From an uncultured Candidatus Saccharibacteria bacterium (GTDB lineage: Bacteria; Patescibacteriota; Saccharimonadia; Saccharimonadales; 2-12-FULL-41-12): a DNA stretch of 62,526 nt. Position numbers and translations under genes: made by a program. The DNA lies in assembly GCA_964444225.1 (NCBI GenBank), contig CAYUFM010000004.1, positions 1-62,526 of the forward strand, given 5' to 3'. This document shows, piece by piece, positions 19,241 to 30,295 of this stretch (its first letter is position 1; the number at the start of each line of letters is the position of its first letter). Below the pieces are notes generated by a model. The model worked only from the letters and a program-made list of their open reading frames with translations. It was not told the DNA's origin and did not search any database.

Positions 19241-20461
19241 TTATTTATTAACAATTACAAAGTTATTTTTGCCACGTTTTACCAAGTTAGGGCCCGGTAC
19301 AAATAGATCAAGGTTTTGCGGGCCGGCTTTTTGGCCATTTACGGATATTGCTCCAGAATTTAGAAAATTGCGGGCTTCTGTTTTGGATGATGCAAGTTCT
19401 CCAACAACCAAAACTTCGGCAAAGTCTACGCTGTAGTCAACCGTACCTAGCTCATCGGCCAGGATTTTCTTCTCTGATCTGTCTAGTTCTATAAAATTAC
19501 CTTCGCCAAACAGTACCTCAGAAACTTTTCTTACTTCATCGGCGCGCTTCTGGCCATGAACAAGTCTAGTCACTTCATAAGCTAGGGTTTTTTGAGCCAA
19601 ACGAGCACCCTTATTGGCATTAAACTCGCTCATAACACTATCAACAGATGGTTTGTCTAGCTCTGTATAAATTTTTATGTAATTTTCTACGCCTGCATCG
19701 TTGATATTAAGCCAAAATTGATAAAATGCAAAAACACTGGTTTTTTCTTGATCTAACCAGATGGCGCCATCCTCGCTTTTACCAAATTTTTTGCCTGTAG
19801 ATATATCAATAACTAGCGGGAGTGTCATGGCGTGCACCTCTACGGAGCGGGCTTTACGAACAAGCTCTACTCCACTTAGGCAATTTCCCCACTGATCAGA
19901 ACCGCCTAGCTGAAGCGTCGCCCCGTATTTATCGTAAAGATGTAGATAGTCCATACCTTGAAGGATTGTGTAGCTAAACTCTGTATAGCTAATGCCCTCA
20001 CCACCAATTCGTTTGGCAATATAGTCGCGTTGAACTAAATTAGTCATACTAAAGTGCTTGCCAATATCACGCAGAAATGGCAAAAGTTTAACTTCTTTAG
20101 TCCAATCCAGATTATTAACTAAACGAAAGTTATATCCGTCAAAAATTTTTTTAATCTGAGCTTCGGCACAGTCAACATTGTGCTTGATTGTTTCTTCGTC
20201 TTGGGTCGGTCGTTCACTGTCTTTTCCACCCGGGTCGCCAACCAAACTAGTAGCACCACCGGCCAAGATAATAGCCGAATGCCCATGTCTCATAAACAAC
20301 CTGTCAGCCATCATAGCTGCCAGATTGCCAATGGTCTGGGAGTCTGCAGAAGCATCATAACCGTGGTAAAAAGTCAGTTTATTTTGGTCTAAGACTTTGA
20401 GCTCAGCAAAAGTGCTGTCCTGCACAAAACCACGCCATACTAGTTCTTCGGATAATGTCAT
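19241..20461 (-). CDS. tyrS: tyrosine--tRNA ligase
   Basis: QLGGSDQWGN, KFGKS (KMSKS-type), C-terminal S4 domain; the HIGH motif reads TIGN. Confidence 0.97.
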   Translation of the reverse strand: MTLSEELVWRGFVQDSTFAELKVLDQNKLTFYHGYDASADSQTIGNLAAMMADRLFMRHGHSAIILAGGATSLVGDPGGKDSERPTQDEETIKHNVDCAEAQIKKIFDGYNFRLVNNLDWTKEVKLLPFLRDIGKHFSMTNLVQRDYIAKRIGGEGISYTEFSYTILQGMDYLHLYDKYGATLQLGGSDQWGNCLSGVELVRKARSVEVHAMTLPLVIDISTGKKFGKSEDGAIWLDQEKTSVFAFYQFWLNINDAGVENYIKIYTELDKPSVDSVMSEFNANKGARLAQKTLAYEVTRLVHGQKRADEVRKVSEVLFGEGNFIELDRSEKKILADELGTVDYSVDFAEVLVVGELASSKTEARNFLNSGAISVNGQKAGPQNLDLFVPGPNLVKRGKNNFVIVNK

Positions 20462-20497
20462 ATGTATATATAGTATAGGGATAAAGCTTCAAAAATT

Positions 20498-20600
20498 AAA
20501 CTTTCCACAAAATATAATATTTGCATCTTTAGAGCAGTCTGAGATGAAAATCAAACACATAACTAGAGGTGTACATCAGCGTACGGCGACAGATACTGTC
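20498..20600. repeat. partial copy of the same palindromic element
   Basis: AAACTTTCCACAAAATA and GCAGTCTGAGATGAAAATCAAACACAT match the 18331 copy; central GTAC..GTAC hairpin; right boundary uncertain. Confidence 0.55.
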
Positions 20601-20733
20601 ACAGTTTTTTGCTGATAATGCGCAAGACATATAGACGGGACTAAACTCTACCGAAATGCTCAAAAGTCCTATATAATACGTACATTGCTGGAAGATTAGT
20701 AACAGAGACGCCAAGGAGTAATTACTACGTTTT

Positions 20734-23724
20734 ATGAAAAAACCTAAGAACATTGCGCGCCCCCGAAAAGGTAGCCCGATAAAACAAAATCCAAAGACCC
20801 ATCACGTTACTAAAAATGGTAACAAGATTAAACTTAACCATAATTTAGTTAACAAGATGAAAGCCAAGCGTGATGCTCGCCTACGTGAAAAGGCGGCTTA
20901 CCTTGCAACACTTCCAAAAGGTCGTATAAAGCGAACTATATATAGAATGCACCCCAAAAGAGTGGCTAAATATTGGTTTAGCAAAAAGGGTGGGATTATG
21001 GCCCTTAAGCTTACAGGTATTGGTGCCTTAGCAATGTTTTTACTAATAATTGGTGTATTTGCCTACTTCAGAAAAGACCTACCAAACCTTCGCGATATCT
21101 CTGGTAACAACATTGGCGGATCGATCCGCTACTATGACCGTACCGGAGGCACACTACTCTGGGAAGATTACGATGCAGTAAAACGTAACCCAGTTCAAGG
21201 TAAAGACGTCTCTAAAGCCATATCAGATGCCACTGTAGCGGTTGAGGACCAGAACTTTTATGACCATGGAGGATTCGACTTAAAAGGCATCTCCCGCGCA
21301 GGAGTTAACAACATCCTAGGCAAAAGTGGGACTACCCAGGGTGGATCTACTATTACACAGCAGTTAGTTAAACTTACCCAAAACTGGAGCCGTGAACAAA
21401 CTTACACCAGAAAGGTTAAGGAACTTATTCTGGCAGTAGAGCTAGAGCGTACCTACACTAAGGCTGAGATCTTAGCGGGGTATCTGGACACCGCACCATA
21501 CAGTGACATTACCTACGGTGTAGAAGCTGCTATGCAAGATTATTTTAACAAGTCTTCAAAAGACATAACTCTTGATGAAGCTGCCTTTTTAGCCGCAATA
21601 CCAAAATCTCCTTCGTTCTATTCACCTTACGGCGCTAGCTACAATAAGGAAGCCTTAGAGGGCCGTCAAGACTACATCTTAGACATAATGGCAGACCAAG
21701 GAAAGATCACTAATCAGCAACGCGACGAAGCCAAAAAAGTGGATACTCTATCCAAGATCAAGCCTCGCCAGCCTAAGTATGCCGGCATCCAAGCTCCATG
21801 GTTTGTGCTAACAGCTAAAGAAAAACTAACCCAGATGCGTGGCGCTAACGCCGTTTCATTAGGCGGACTAAAAGTAATAACTACATTGGATCTAGAAAAA
21901 CAAAAGATTGCCGAAGAAGAAGTCGCCAAGGGTATGGCCCAAGTACAAAGACAACGCGGTGATGTCGCAGCTTTTGTAGCCGAGGACGTTAAGACCGGCC
22001 AAGTAGTTGCGCTGGTTGGTGGTACAGATTTTTCTAACCCAGTTTATGGCCAAAACAACTATGCCCGGGCAAAACTACCTCCAGGATCTAGCTTCAAACC
22101 TTATGATTATTTAGCAGCAATAGAACATACCGAGAATTTTGGTGCAGGCACAGTACTCTATGACGTCCAAGAGCCTGTTGATGGATATCCTTGCACGATA
22201 AAAGCTCGCCCGCCTGCCGGTAACTGTCTCTGGGACTATGACTTCCGCTATCCTGGACCTATGACGATACGCTACGCGCTCGGTGGGTCACGTAACGTCC
22301 CAGCCATCAAATCAATGGCTATAGCAGGTGTAGATAAAACAATTGATACAGCCGAGAAGTTAGGCTTAAAGGACACTGGCGATGACCGAATAGAAGGCCA
22401 GGGATACAAATGTTACGAGGACGATCAACTAACCGTCGAGTCACAATGCTACACCTCTTCAGCCATTGGAGACGGTGCCTATCTCAAACTTGACGAGCAT
22501 GTTCATGCTTACAGCACTATTTCTCGAAATGGCAGATTGATACCCCAGACATTTATCTTAAAAGTCGAGGACTCTGGCGGTAAAACCATCGAAGAGTGGA
22601 AAGCTACAGAAGGCAAACAAGTAGTCCGTGACGAATCTGCATATATAGTTGCCGATATGATGGAAGACCCTAACGCCAGCTACTTCCCTAGAAAACCACA
22701 CAGATATAATGGTCATAAGTTTGCGGTAAAAACAGGAACAACCAATGACTCTAAGGATGGATGGCTAATGGGCTACTCTACCCAATATGCTGCCGGGGTA
22801 TGGGTTGGTTATCACAACCGACAGGTAGAGTTGAGTGGCTTCATGGAAGTTATGACCGAGCCAATTTGGGGTGGTTGGATGCGTCGTGTTCACGACAATC
22901 TACAGCCAGAGGAGCGTGCGCGACCAGCTGGAGTTAAAACACTTCCAGCGTATATTGTACGCACCCATGTAGGAGTTGGCTCAAAGGAGCCCAGCCCTAC
23001 AAATGATCTATATCCTTCATGGTACAAATCCAGGACTCGCGGAACAAAAGAAGTTATTGATAAAGTATCCAACAAAATAGCGACAGATTGTACTCCAGAA
23101 CTCGCTAAAGAGACCGTCGGCAACGCCAGCGCTAATCAGTTCTCTGCCGACAAGTTCCACGATGGGGCCCGGTCTGCTGGTACTTCCGAAAAAGACGACG
23201 TTCATAAATGTGAAGATGCCAAGCCAGCTATTACTCTCACTGTTAGCGGTAATGTAATAACTGCAACGGCATCAGCCGGAACGCACCCCATATCTAGTGA
23301 CAAATTTAAGGGCACAATCAACATTAAGATCGGTGGCCAAACCGTCCAGTCATTTGAAGCTGGATCAAGTCCAGCAACAGTTAACTACACAGCAACAGTA
23401 ACTGGTGAACAAACAGTGACAGCAGAAGTCATTGATAGCGTACTATACAACAACAGTGATAGCTTGACGGTTACATTTTCTAGCCCTGTAGTGTTAAGCG
23501 TCACCCGAGCTAAAGTTGTAGGGCCAAAAGCTGAGTTTGATTGGAATGGTAACAGTGGCGTGACTTCAATCTACACTGTAGTTGGCGATATCCTCGTTTG
23601 CTCCGGCAGTAGCGCTAGCGATAATGACTGCGACAAAAATAATAACCCTCAGTGGGCAGTCGGAAAATCAGTTTACGCTAAAGACACTTCTGGCAATATA
23701 TCACCTTCTGTTACGATTAATTAG
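20734..23724 (+). CDS. class A penicillin-binding protein (transglycosylase/transpeptidase) with C-terminal beta-rich extension
   Basis: EDQNFYDHGG and GGSTITQQLVK (GT51); SSFK, SRN and KTGT transpeptidase motifs; single TM helix. Confidence 0.95.
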   Translation: MKKPKNIARPRKGSPIKQNPKTHHVTKNGNKIKLNHNLVNKMKAKRDARLREKAAYLATLPKGRIKRTIYRMHPKRVAKYWFSKKGGIMALKLTGIGALAMFLLIIGVFAYFRKDLPNLRDISGNNIGGSIRYYDRTGGTLLWEDYDAVKRNPVQGKDVSKAISDATVAVEDQNFYDHGGFDLKGISRAGVNNILGKSGTTQGGSTITQQLVKLTQNWSREQTYTRKVKELILAVELERTYTKAEILAGYLDTAPYSDITYGVEAAMQDYFNKSSKDITLDEAAFLAAIPKSPSFYSPYGASYNKEALEGRQDYILDIMADQGKITNQQRDEAKKVDTLSKIKPRQPKYAGIQAPWFVLTAKEKLTQMRGANAVSLGGLKVITTLDLEKQKIAEEEVAKGMAQVQRQRGDVAAFVAEDVKTGQVVALVGGTDFSNPVYGQNNYARAKLPPGSSFKPYDYLAAIEHTENFGAGTVLYDVQEPVDGYPCTIKARPPAGNCLWDYDFRYPGPMTIRYALGGSRNVPAIKSMAIAGVDKTIDTAEKLGLKDTGDDRIEGQGYKCYEDDQLTVESQCYTSSAIGDGAYLKLDEHVHAYSTISRNGRLIPQTFILKVEDSGGKTIEEWKATEGKQVVRDESAYIVADMMEDPNASYFPRKPHRYNGHKFAVKTGTTNDSKDGWLMGYSTQYAAGVWVGYHNRQVELSGFMEVMTEPIWGGWMRRVHDNLQPEERARPAGVKTLPAYIVRTHVGVGSKEPSPTNDLYPSWYKSRTRGTKEVIDKVSNKIATDCTPELAKETVGNASANQFSADKFHDGARSAGTSEKDDVHKCEDAKPAITLTVSGNVITATASAGTHPISSDKFKGTINIKIGGQTVQSFEAGSSPATVNYTATVTGEQTVTAEVIDSVLYNNSDSLTVTFSSPVVLSVTRAKVVGPKAEFDWNGNSGVTSIYTVVGDILVCSGSSASDNDCDKNNNPQWAVGKSVYAKDTSGNISPSVTIN

Positions 23725-23726
23725 AT

Positions 23727-24422
23727 TCACTTTTTTTGGGCGCCAGTAATTTTCCGGGCAAACATCATTTTACCTGCCTCTGTTTGAAGCATTCTAGTTA
23801 CCGCAACATCTACACTCTTGCCTATCATATTGCCCGCCCCACTAACAACAACCATTGTGCCATCCTCTAGATATCCAACACCTTGGTCTTTATTGCTACC
23901 TTTTTGAACAATTTTTACAGTGTGGCTCTCGCCCGGCAAGGCAACTGGCCTTACAGCTTGAGCTAACTCATTAACATTGAGTACCCTCACGCCTTCTGTA
24001 ACAGCGACTTTATTAAGGTTAAAGTCGTTGGTGCATAGATAGGCTTTAATATCGACAGCAAGTTGAACAAGTTTATCGTCTGTGGCATTTTTATCCGTAA
24101 AATCAGTCTGCTCAACCCGGACCTGGTCTGGCAACTCTGTTTGCAGGCGCACAATCACGTCTAATCCAAATCTGGCGCGTTCTCGCTTGTGTGAATCATT
24201 GCCGTCGGCCAAAAGTTGCAGTTCTCGTACGATAAACTGTGGCACCACCATTTGGCCTGGCATAAAGCCAGCTTGGGCTATCTCTACAATGCGTCCATCA
24301 ATTATCGCGCTAGAATCTAGAATAACGCCACCCTTAGATTTTTGAGTAGTTTTTTTGGTCTGCTGAGACAAAAACAAAAATATTATTGCAAGTAACGCGA
24401 CCGATTGAATAATCTCTATCAT
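23727..24422 (-). CDS. PIN/TRAM domain protein (YacL-like)
   Basis: ILDSSAIIDGRI, TNDFNLNKVA, GVGYLEDGTMVVV; directly downstream of radA. Confidence 0.92.
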   Translation of the reverse strand: MIEIIQSVALLAIIFLFLSQQTKKTTQKSKGGVILDSSAIIDGRIVEIAQAGFMPGQMVVPQFIVRELQLLADGNDSHKRERARFGLDVIVRLQTELPDQVRVEQTDFTDKNATDDKLVQLAVDIKAYLCTNDFNLNKVAVTEGVRVLNVNELAQAVRPVALPGESHTVKIVQKGSNKDQGVGYLEDGTMVVVSGAGNMIGKSVDVAVTRMLQTEAGKMMFARKITGAQKK

Positions 24423-24429
24423 TTGACCT

Positions 24430-25782
24430 CTATATCTTTAAATAATTATTTAACGCTGTGCGCACATCCGGCACTGGCTTTAATATTGTAGATTTATTAC
24501 TATTTCTGAGTTTTGGACCAATAGCTTCAGTGAATCCTAGTTTTTTTGCCTCCGCAAGGCGTTTTTCAACAAAAGGCACATGCCGAACTTCACCAGATAG
24601 CCCAACCTCGCCATATACTACTACGTTTTCTTTTAGTTTTAAGCCTTTAGCGGCTGAACCTATAGCCATACAGATAGCCAGGTCTATTCCGGGATCATTA
24701 ATCTTTATACCACCGACAATATTTATATATATGTCTTGATCAGATAAATTCAGTTTAGTACGACGCTCCAGCATAGCAATAAGAAGATTAACTCTGTTGA
24801 GTTCAACGCCACTAGAAGCGCGCTTTGGGTAGCCGTAGGAAGTTTTATTCACCAAAGCTTGCACCTCAACCAGCACAGGCCTACTACCCTCCATGGTTGC
24901 TAGGACAATTGATCCGTCGGTAATTTGACGCTCGCTCAGTAATGCTTCTGATGCATTTTCTACCTGAATTAGGCCATTTTCTGCCATCTCAAATATTCCC
25001 GCCTCGTCCGTTGAGCCAAACCGATTTTTTACACTACGCAAAATTTTAAACCCACCATATCTGTCACCTTCTAGCTGAAGAACTGTATCGACTACATGCT
25101 CCAGCACCTTAGGGCCAGCGATTGAGCCTTCTTTGGTAACATGACCAACCAAGACAACCGCCGTATTCACTTCTTTAGCTACATTGATAATAAGATGAGC
25201 GCAGTTGGTGATTTGCGACACACTTCCGGCAACCGATGCCACAGACTCTGATGTAAGAGTTTGTATAGAATCTATGACAACAAAATCAAAGTTACCAGAA
25301 GAGATTGTACGGGCGATATCCTCAGCATTAGTAGCAGACCCAAGTTGGATATTTTTATCTGCAACACTAAGTCTTTCTGCCCGAAGTCCAACTTGATGCC
25401 CCGACTCTTCTCCACTGATATATAAAACATTATTTTTATCTGACAAACCAGCCACAATCTGCAGTAACAGTGTGCTCTTGCCTATCCCAGGCTGGCCGGC
25501 CATAAGAGTAATACTACCCTTCACAAATCCACCGCCTAAAACCGTATCAACATCCCCAATACCGCACTGCATTCGATTTTTGTCATCGGTTTTAGAAAAA
25601 TCCTTAATTATTGAAGTTTTTAATGCTGAGCCTTTTTTACTAACAGTTCCCTTGGCAGTTACTAGTACTGCTTCTTCGGCTAGAGTATTCCACTCTCCAC
25701 AAGAGTTACATTTGCCCGACCAAGTACCATATTCTGCCCCACAATTGTTGCATACGTAGCGAAGCGAGTCTTTTTTACCCAC
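24430..25782 (-). CDS. radA: DNA repair protein RadA
   Basis: N-terminal C4 zinc finger, GQPGIGKST, KNRFG, Lon-like C-terminus. Confidence 0.98.
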   Translation of the reverse strand: MGKKDSLRYVCNNCGAEYGTWSGKCNSCGEWNTLAEEAVLVTAKGTVSKKGSALKTSIIKDFSKTDDKNRMQCGIGDVDTVLGGGFVKGSITLMAGQPGIGKSTLLLQIVAGLSDKNNVLYISGEESGHQVGLRAERLSVADKNIQLGSATNAEDIARTISSGNFDFVVIDSIQTLTSESVASVAGSVSQITNCAHLIINVAKEVNTAVVLVGHVTKEGSIAGPKVLEHVVDTVLQLEGDRYGGFKILRSVKNRFGSTDEAGIFEMAENGLIQVENASEALLSERQITDGSIVLATMEGSRPVLVEVQALVNKTSYGYPKRASSGVELNRVNLLIAMLERRTKLNLSDQDIYINIVGGIKINDPGIDLAICMAIGSAAKGLKLKENVVVYGEVGLSGEVRHVPFVEKRLAEAKKLGFTEAIGPKLRNSNKSTILKPVPDVRTALNNYLKI

Positions 25783-26759
25783 TACTGCACACCACCTATT
25801 GGTTTAATATCATCGGTTTGTAGCGCTTGAATTAGTTCTGATTCTATAGTGGCAAGTTTGTTATACTCCTCAACAATTTGATTGTAGCGCTGAGCTTTCT
25901 CCTGACGAGTCTTTATGAGGTTATTGTAACGATTAACCAGGGCATTAAATCCTTCGACTCCTTCGTTATATTCAGCGATTTTTCTTTGATTAATTAATAT
26001 GTCCAGGCGCGCTTTCTGAGAATCGACTTCTGCTCCAAGTTGCTCAATCTGTTTTTCTTCGGCTTGTATCTCGGGCTTTAACGCTGTTAATTCTTCATCG
26101 TAGGCTTTAACTTTATTTTCGATATCTATAAAGGTTTGTTCATACTTCTCTGACAGATCTATGATAGCACTTCTGTTTTTGAAGTATTTAGAATAATACG
26201 CTTCGAGCTCCGGTGATAAATTTCGGACTTCAGAAGCCAGAATAGAATGAAGCTCATTAGGAACAACCGATGCGTCTTTTTTGCGATAGTTTTCTATATT
26301 TTCCTTAATTCTAGGGTTATTTAGTGTAGCAAAAAACTCACCAGTCATCTTATCTACCTTTTTTCGCTCATCACCACTAAGCCGTTCATAAAAAGCATGC
26401 AATACTTCATGCGCGGCAGTCACCTCAATCACCCCCTGAAGTCGAGGGTCGTCGACTTCAAGCAAGAAAATTCCTTTATTGTTAATAAAACATCCTAGAA
26501 CTATCGTTTCTTCCTGGTTCTTACAAGAATTTTTAAATTCCTGCTTTGTTTGAAGCTGGGGATGATTAACATAAAAAACATCTCTAGTTTTATCGGTCAT
26601 TGTTGCTTTATTAGCTAATTCTACAATTTTCGACGGTGGATTATAGTCTCTTAGAGCAACGTAATCCAGGATCTGTCTTGTGTGTGTTACGACATAGATA
26701 CTTAGGCCAAGCAAAACTAATAGCAAGCCAATATTAAAAAACTTAAACGATTTCTTCAT
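25782..26759 (-). CDS. membrane-anchored protein with HExxH motif and coiled coil
   Basis: N-terminal TM, AAHEVLHA and a later ELHS, heptad-rich C-terminus. Confidence 0.85.
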   Translation of the reverse strand: MKKSFKFFNIGLLLVLLGLSIYVVTHTRQILDYVALRDYNPPSKIVELANKATMTDKTRDVFYVNHPQLQTKQEFKNSCKNQEETIVLGCFINNKGIFLLEVDDPRLQGVIEVTAAHEVLHAFYERLSGDERKKVDKMTGEFFATLNNPRIKENIENYRKKDASVVPNELHSILASEVRNLSPELEAYYSKYFKNRSAIIDLSEKYEQTFIDIENKVKAYDEELTALKPEIQAEEKQIEQLGAEVDSQKARLDILINQRKIAEYNEGVEGFNALVNRYNNLIKTRQEKAQRYNQIVEEYNKLATIESELIQALQTDDIKPIGGVQ

Positions 26760-26785
26760 ACTATATTAGTAGTATATCTGACTTT

Positions 26786-29254
26786 TTACTCACGAACTAT
26801 AGAGTAGATCAGTTCGCCATTTTTTGTTGACACACTAACGAAATCGCCTTTGTTGTAGCGCCCATCTAGCAAGCCATTCGAAATTTCGTCTTCTAACGTA
26901 TCCTGCAGAAGTCTTCTCAGGGGTCGCACACCATACTTAGAGTCATAGCCCTTTTCGCAAAGATATTTTTTAGCTACTGGCGAAAGTTTTACACCTATCC
27001 CGCTGTGTACTAGCCTTTTTTCGAGCTGTTTAAGCTGAATTTCTAATATTTCAGCGATCTCTGGTTTAGTTAAGGACCTAAAGACTATGACATTGTCTAT
27101 GCGATTCAGAAGTTCTGGACGCATAGTCTTGTGTAATGATTCTAGGACCGCTGATTTGTTTTGCTCGTGCAGACTGTCGAGATCATCTCGGTCTTGCTTG
27201 GTACGAACTTCAAATCCTAGACGCGCTTCTTTCTGAAGTTTTTCTGCGCCAATATTGCTGGTCATAATTATGATCGTGTTACTGAAGTCGATAACTCGGC
27301 CTTTTCCATCTGTTAAACGCCCATCCTCTAAAATTTGGAGCATAAGGTTAAAAACATCTGGGTGTGCTTTTTCTATCTCATCAAAAAGCACCAAGCTGTA
27401 TGGCTGTCGCCTAATTTTATCTGTTAGCTGACCACCGTCATCATATCCAACGTAACCGGCAGACGTACCGACTAACCTAGAGGCATTGTGACGCTCACCA
27501 AACTCACTCATATCTATCTTTACTAAGTTTTCTTCGCTTCCAAAGAATTCACGAGCAAGCACCCTGGCAAGTTCAGTCTTACCAACACCAGTAGGTCCGA
27601 GGAAAATAAACGAGCCGATCGGTCGTTTGCTATCAGAAATTCCACTTCTGCTTCTACGAACCGCACGAGCTACGGCTTTGATAGCCTCTTTTTGACCAAT
27701 CACATGGCTAGCCAGGGTCTTTTCTAGGTTTAATAGATACTTTGCTTCTGATCTAATAACCTTCGTTACTGGCACACCGGTAATTCTAGCCACGACAGCA
27801 GCTACGTCGTCGCTGGTTAAGGTCAGTCGTTTAATGTCTTTGTGTTTAGTCTGAAGTTCAGAGATTTCACGCGACAGTTTACTGGCCTGTGTTTTGTATT
27901 GAGCGGCTGTTTCGTAATCTTCTGCAGCTGCTGCGTCCTCGATCTTAACTTGCAAAAGTCTTAATTCTTTTTGAGCCTTACGCAGTTCTGGTGGGGTTTT
28001 GCCTTTATCTACCCGCAAATGCGCACTAGCTTCGTCCATGAGGTCGATAGCTTTGTCGGGCATAAATCTGTCATTTATATATCGCTTTGCGAACCTAGCT
28101 GTGTCTTCTAGAACCTCATCGCTTATCGATACATTATGGTAACTTTCATAGTGCTTTTTTAGACCTTTTAATATCTGAACTGTTTCATTCTCTGTAGCTT
28201 CGGGCACAATTACGGGCTGGAACCGTCTTTCAAGCGCAGCGTCTTTTTCTATATATTTTGCATATTCATCAGTTGTGGTAGCGCCAATCATCCGCATTTT
28301 GCCACGGGCTAGAGCCGGTTTTAGCATATTTGCAGCATCAAGCGCTCCTTCAGCCGCACCAGCACCAACAAGCAAGTGTAGCTCATCAACAAATATTATG
28401 GTTTTTTTATCGCTCTCTAACTCGCTCATCACTTTTTTAAGTCGCTCTTCGAATTCTCCACGATATTTTGTACCAGCAATCATTGCGGCTAGGTCCAGCA
28501 TAATTATTCGCTTATCTAGCAGGCTGTCTGGCACATCTTCGGCCACTATTCTAGCGGCCAGTCCTTCGACTATAGCTGTCTTACCAACTCCGGGCTCACC
28601 TATAAGCACAGGGTTGTTTTTGTTTCTCCTACTTAGGATTGTAATGACGCGCCTAATCTGTGCCTCTCGTCCGATTACTGGGTCTAGTTTATTTCGCCTA
28701 GCTTGAGCTGTGAGGTCGGTTCCAAAAAACTCCAGCGCTGTCTTTTTTTGACGTTTGTCTTTTTTTAGCGCCTCATAACCCCCGCCACTCTCATGTTGGC
28801 GACGCAAAAACTGCTCAATCTCAGTAGTTAATACATTTGTATTCACGCTCATTTCACGCAGTAGCTCTACTGCGCGGGAGTTTTTTTGGCTAAGTAGGCT
28901 ATACAGTATGTGCTCTGTACCACAAAAGTCTTGGCCATAATCTTGTGAGATTTCATAGGCCATCTTTAATGTTAATTTTGCAACTTCACTCAGGCCCTTA
29001 GCTTCATAAGGGCTTTGCGGGTTGGGGTCAGTACTAAGCGAAAGTCGCGCTTTAGAAAGAGTTACTCCAACACCATCCAGAATTTTTGCTCCCATTGAAC
29101 TATCTTGGGCTAAAAGCCCCATAAGCAGATGCTCTGTGCCAACATAAGCATTGCCGGTACCGCGTGCAATCGCATCAGCGTTACGCAAGGCGCCCATGGC
29201 ATTGTCGGTTAAATGATTTAAAAATTCTTGAAAATCTGGTGAGCTTGGAATCAT
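26786..29254 (-). CDS. clpC: ATP-dependent Clp protease ATP-binding subunit (ClpC-type)
   Basis: Clp N repeats, two AAA+ modules ([16 protein letters not shown]), UVR-type linker, ClpP-binding loop LGF. Confidence 0.93.
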   Translation of the reverse strand: MIPSSPDFQEFLNHLTDNAMGALRNADAIARGTGNAYVGTEHLLMGLLAQDSSMGAKILDGVGVTLSKARLSLSTDPNPQSPYEAKGLSEVAKLTLKMAYEISQDYGQDFCGTEHILYSLLSQKNSRAVELLREMSVNTNVLTTEIEQFLRRQHESGGGYEALKKDKRQKKTALEFFGTDLTAQARRNKLDPVIGREAQIRRVITILSRRNKNNPVLIGEPGVGKTAIVEGLAARIVAEDVPDSLLDKRIIMLDLAAMIAGTKYRGEFEERLKKVMSELESDKKTIIFVDELHLLVGAGAAEGALDAANMLKPALARGKMRMIGATTTDEYAKYIEKDAALERRFQPVIVPEATENETVQILKGLKKHYESYHNVSISDEVLEDTARFAKRYINDRFMPDKAIDLMDEASAHLRVDKGKTPPELRKAQKELRLLQVKIEDAAAAEDYETAAQYKTQASKLSREISELQTKHKDIKRLTLTSDDVAAVVARITGVPVTKVIRSEAKYLLNLEKTLASHVIGQKEAIKAVARAVRRSRSGISDSKRPIGSFIFLGPTGVGKTELARVLAREFFGSEENLVKIDMSEFGERHNASRLVGTSAGYVGYDDGGQLTDKIRRQPYSLVLFDEIEKAHPDVFNLMLQILEDGRLTDGKGRVIDFSNTIIIMTSNIGAEKLQKEARLGFEVRTKQDRDDLDSLHEQNKSAVLESLHKTMRPELLNRIDNVIVFRSLTKPEIAEILEIQLKQLEKRLVHSGIGVKLSPVAKKYLCEKGYDSKYGVRPLRRLLQDTLEDEISNGLLDGRYNKGDFVSVSTKNGELIYSIVRE

Positions 29255-29359
29255 ACGAGAATCCCTCCCTTAATAATAGTTTCGGGCTTAAATTATTACG
29301 AAAGTGATTCAACCCACTTTCTAGCATCGATAATAGATACTACTCCCAGAATATCAAGA

Positions 29360-29386
29360 TTAGCACTCTCGTGTCAAGAGTGCTAA
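29360..29386. promoter_or_regulatory. CIRCE element overlapping the clpC -35
   Basis: Perfect TTAGCACTC-N9-GAGTGCTAA; its spacer holds minus-strand TTGACA (29377-29372), with TGaTATTCT -10 at 29353-29348. Confidence 0.93.
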
Positions 29387-29425
29387 AATGAGCCGTTATT
29401 GGTAGTTATTGGTTTTGGATAATTT

Positions 29426-30277
29426 TTATGTTTCGGGGTAAAGTTTTGCTAATAAATCATCCCTAAAACCTATACTGCAGAGTCCTCCAACACTTCTAGC
29501 TACCTCATATTCAGACTCATCAGCATCTCTTTCGATAAGCGTATCGTATCGATAAAACTTTTTCGATGCCCTATTAGCAGAACCTATGCCATATCCCACA
29601 ATAACAGCAGATAACAGCATGCTTTTGACGAGAGGGAAATCATCAATTGCTAACTCCAATATTGGAGAAGAGGCAAGAGCAATAAAACCGACTCCTGCAG
29701 TACTCAAGCCAGAAGCAAGGTTTCTGCGCGCTTTTTGCCGTTTTTGCATATTAATTTCTTGTGATGCATGTTGCTGGTAATGCCGTAGTTCATGACCGAC
29801 TACATCAAGAATTGTATTTGCACAAGATCGTCTAGTAATAGACATATACGAATCATCCATGAAGCGTAAACTGGCTCTTTGTGCATCATGGTCTAAATAA
29901 GGATCTAAATAATACTCAATTACCCTTGGCACATTAATAGTGATAAATGGAGAGTTCTGATTTAGCGAAGGATCACCTGACGTAAGCGAATGAAATATCG
30001 GACTCCGTGCCTCATGATGAAATGTGCCCCAATGATATGTGTGCGCAGGATATAGTTCCTCATCCTTATATACAGTAGGATGAAATTCATCAAACATTTG
30101 TTTATTACAGAAAAAAATAGGAATTGGAGGCATATCATCAGTCACACCTACAGTTCTGGCAGCATCTCTTATGGTCTTTTCACCTAAAGAAAAATCTGTA
30201 AGCAAATCACCAAGGCTAGCGTCAACAATTACCCAAGGATAAAACTCTGCTTTTTGCTCTGGAGATGGATTTGCCAT
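29426..30277 (-). CDS. hypothetical membrane protein with HExxH motif
   Basis: GHELRHYQQH, two hydrophobic segments, later E (IERDA). Confidence 0.75.
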   Translation of the reverse strand: MANPSPEQKAEFYPWVIVDASLGDLLTDFSLGEKTIRDAARTVGVTDDMPPIPIFFCNKQMFDEFHPTVYKDEELYPAHTYHWGTFHHEARSPIFHSLTSGDPSLNQNSPFITINVPRVIEYYLDPYLDHDAQRASLRFMDDSYMSITRRSCANTILDVVGHELRHYQQHASQEINMQKRQKARRNLASGLSTAGVGFIALASSPILELAIDDFPLVKSMLLSAVIVGYGIGSANRASKKFYRYDTLIERDADESEYEVARSVGGLCSIGFRDDLLAKLYPET

Positions 30278-30295
30278 TGCAATTCTACTTAAGTT

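Noticed and set aside
20397..20753. Small ORFs between tyrS and the PBP gene (also 12892-13086 and 56667-56909)
   Set aside because: They coincide with palindromic repeat elements and promoter regions and show no protein-like features.
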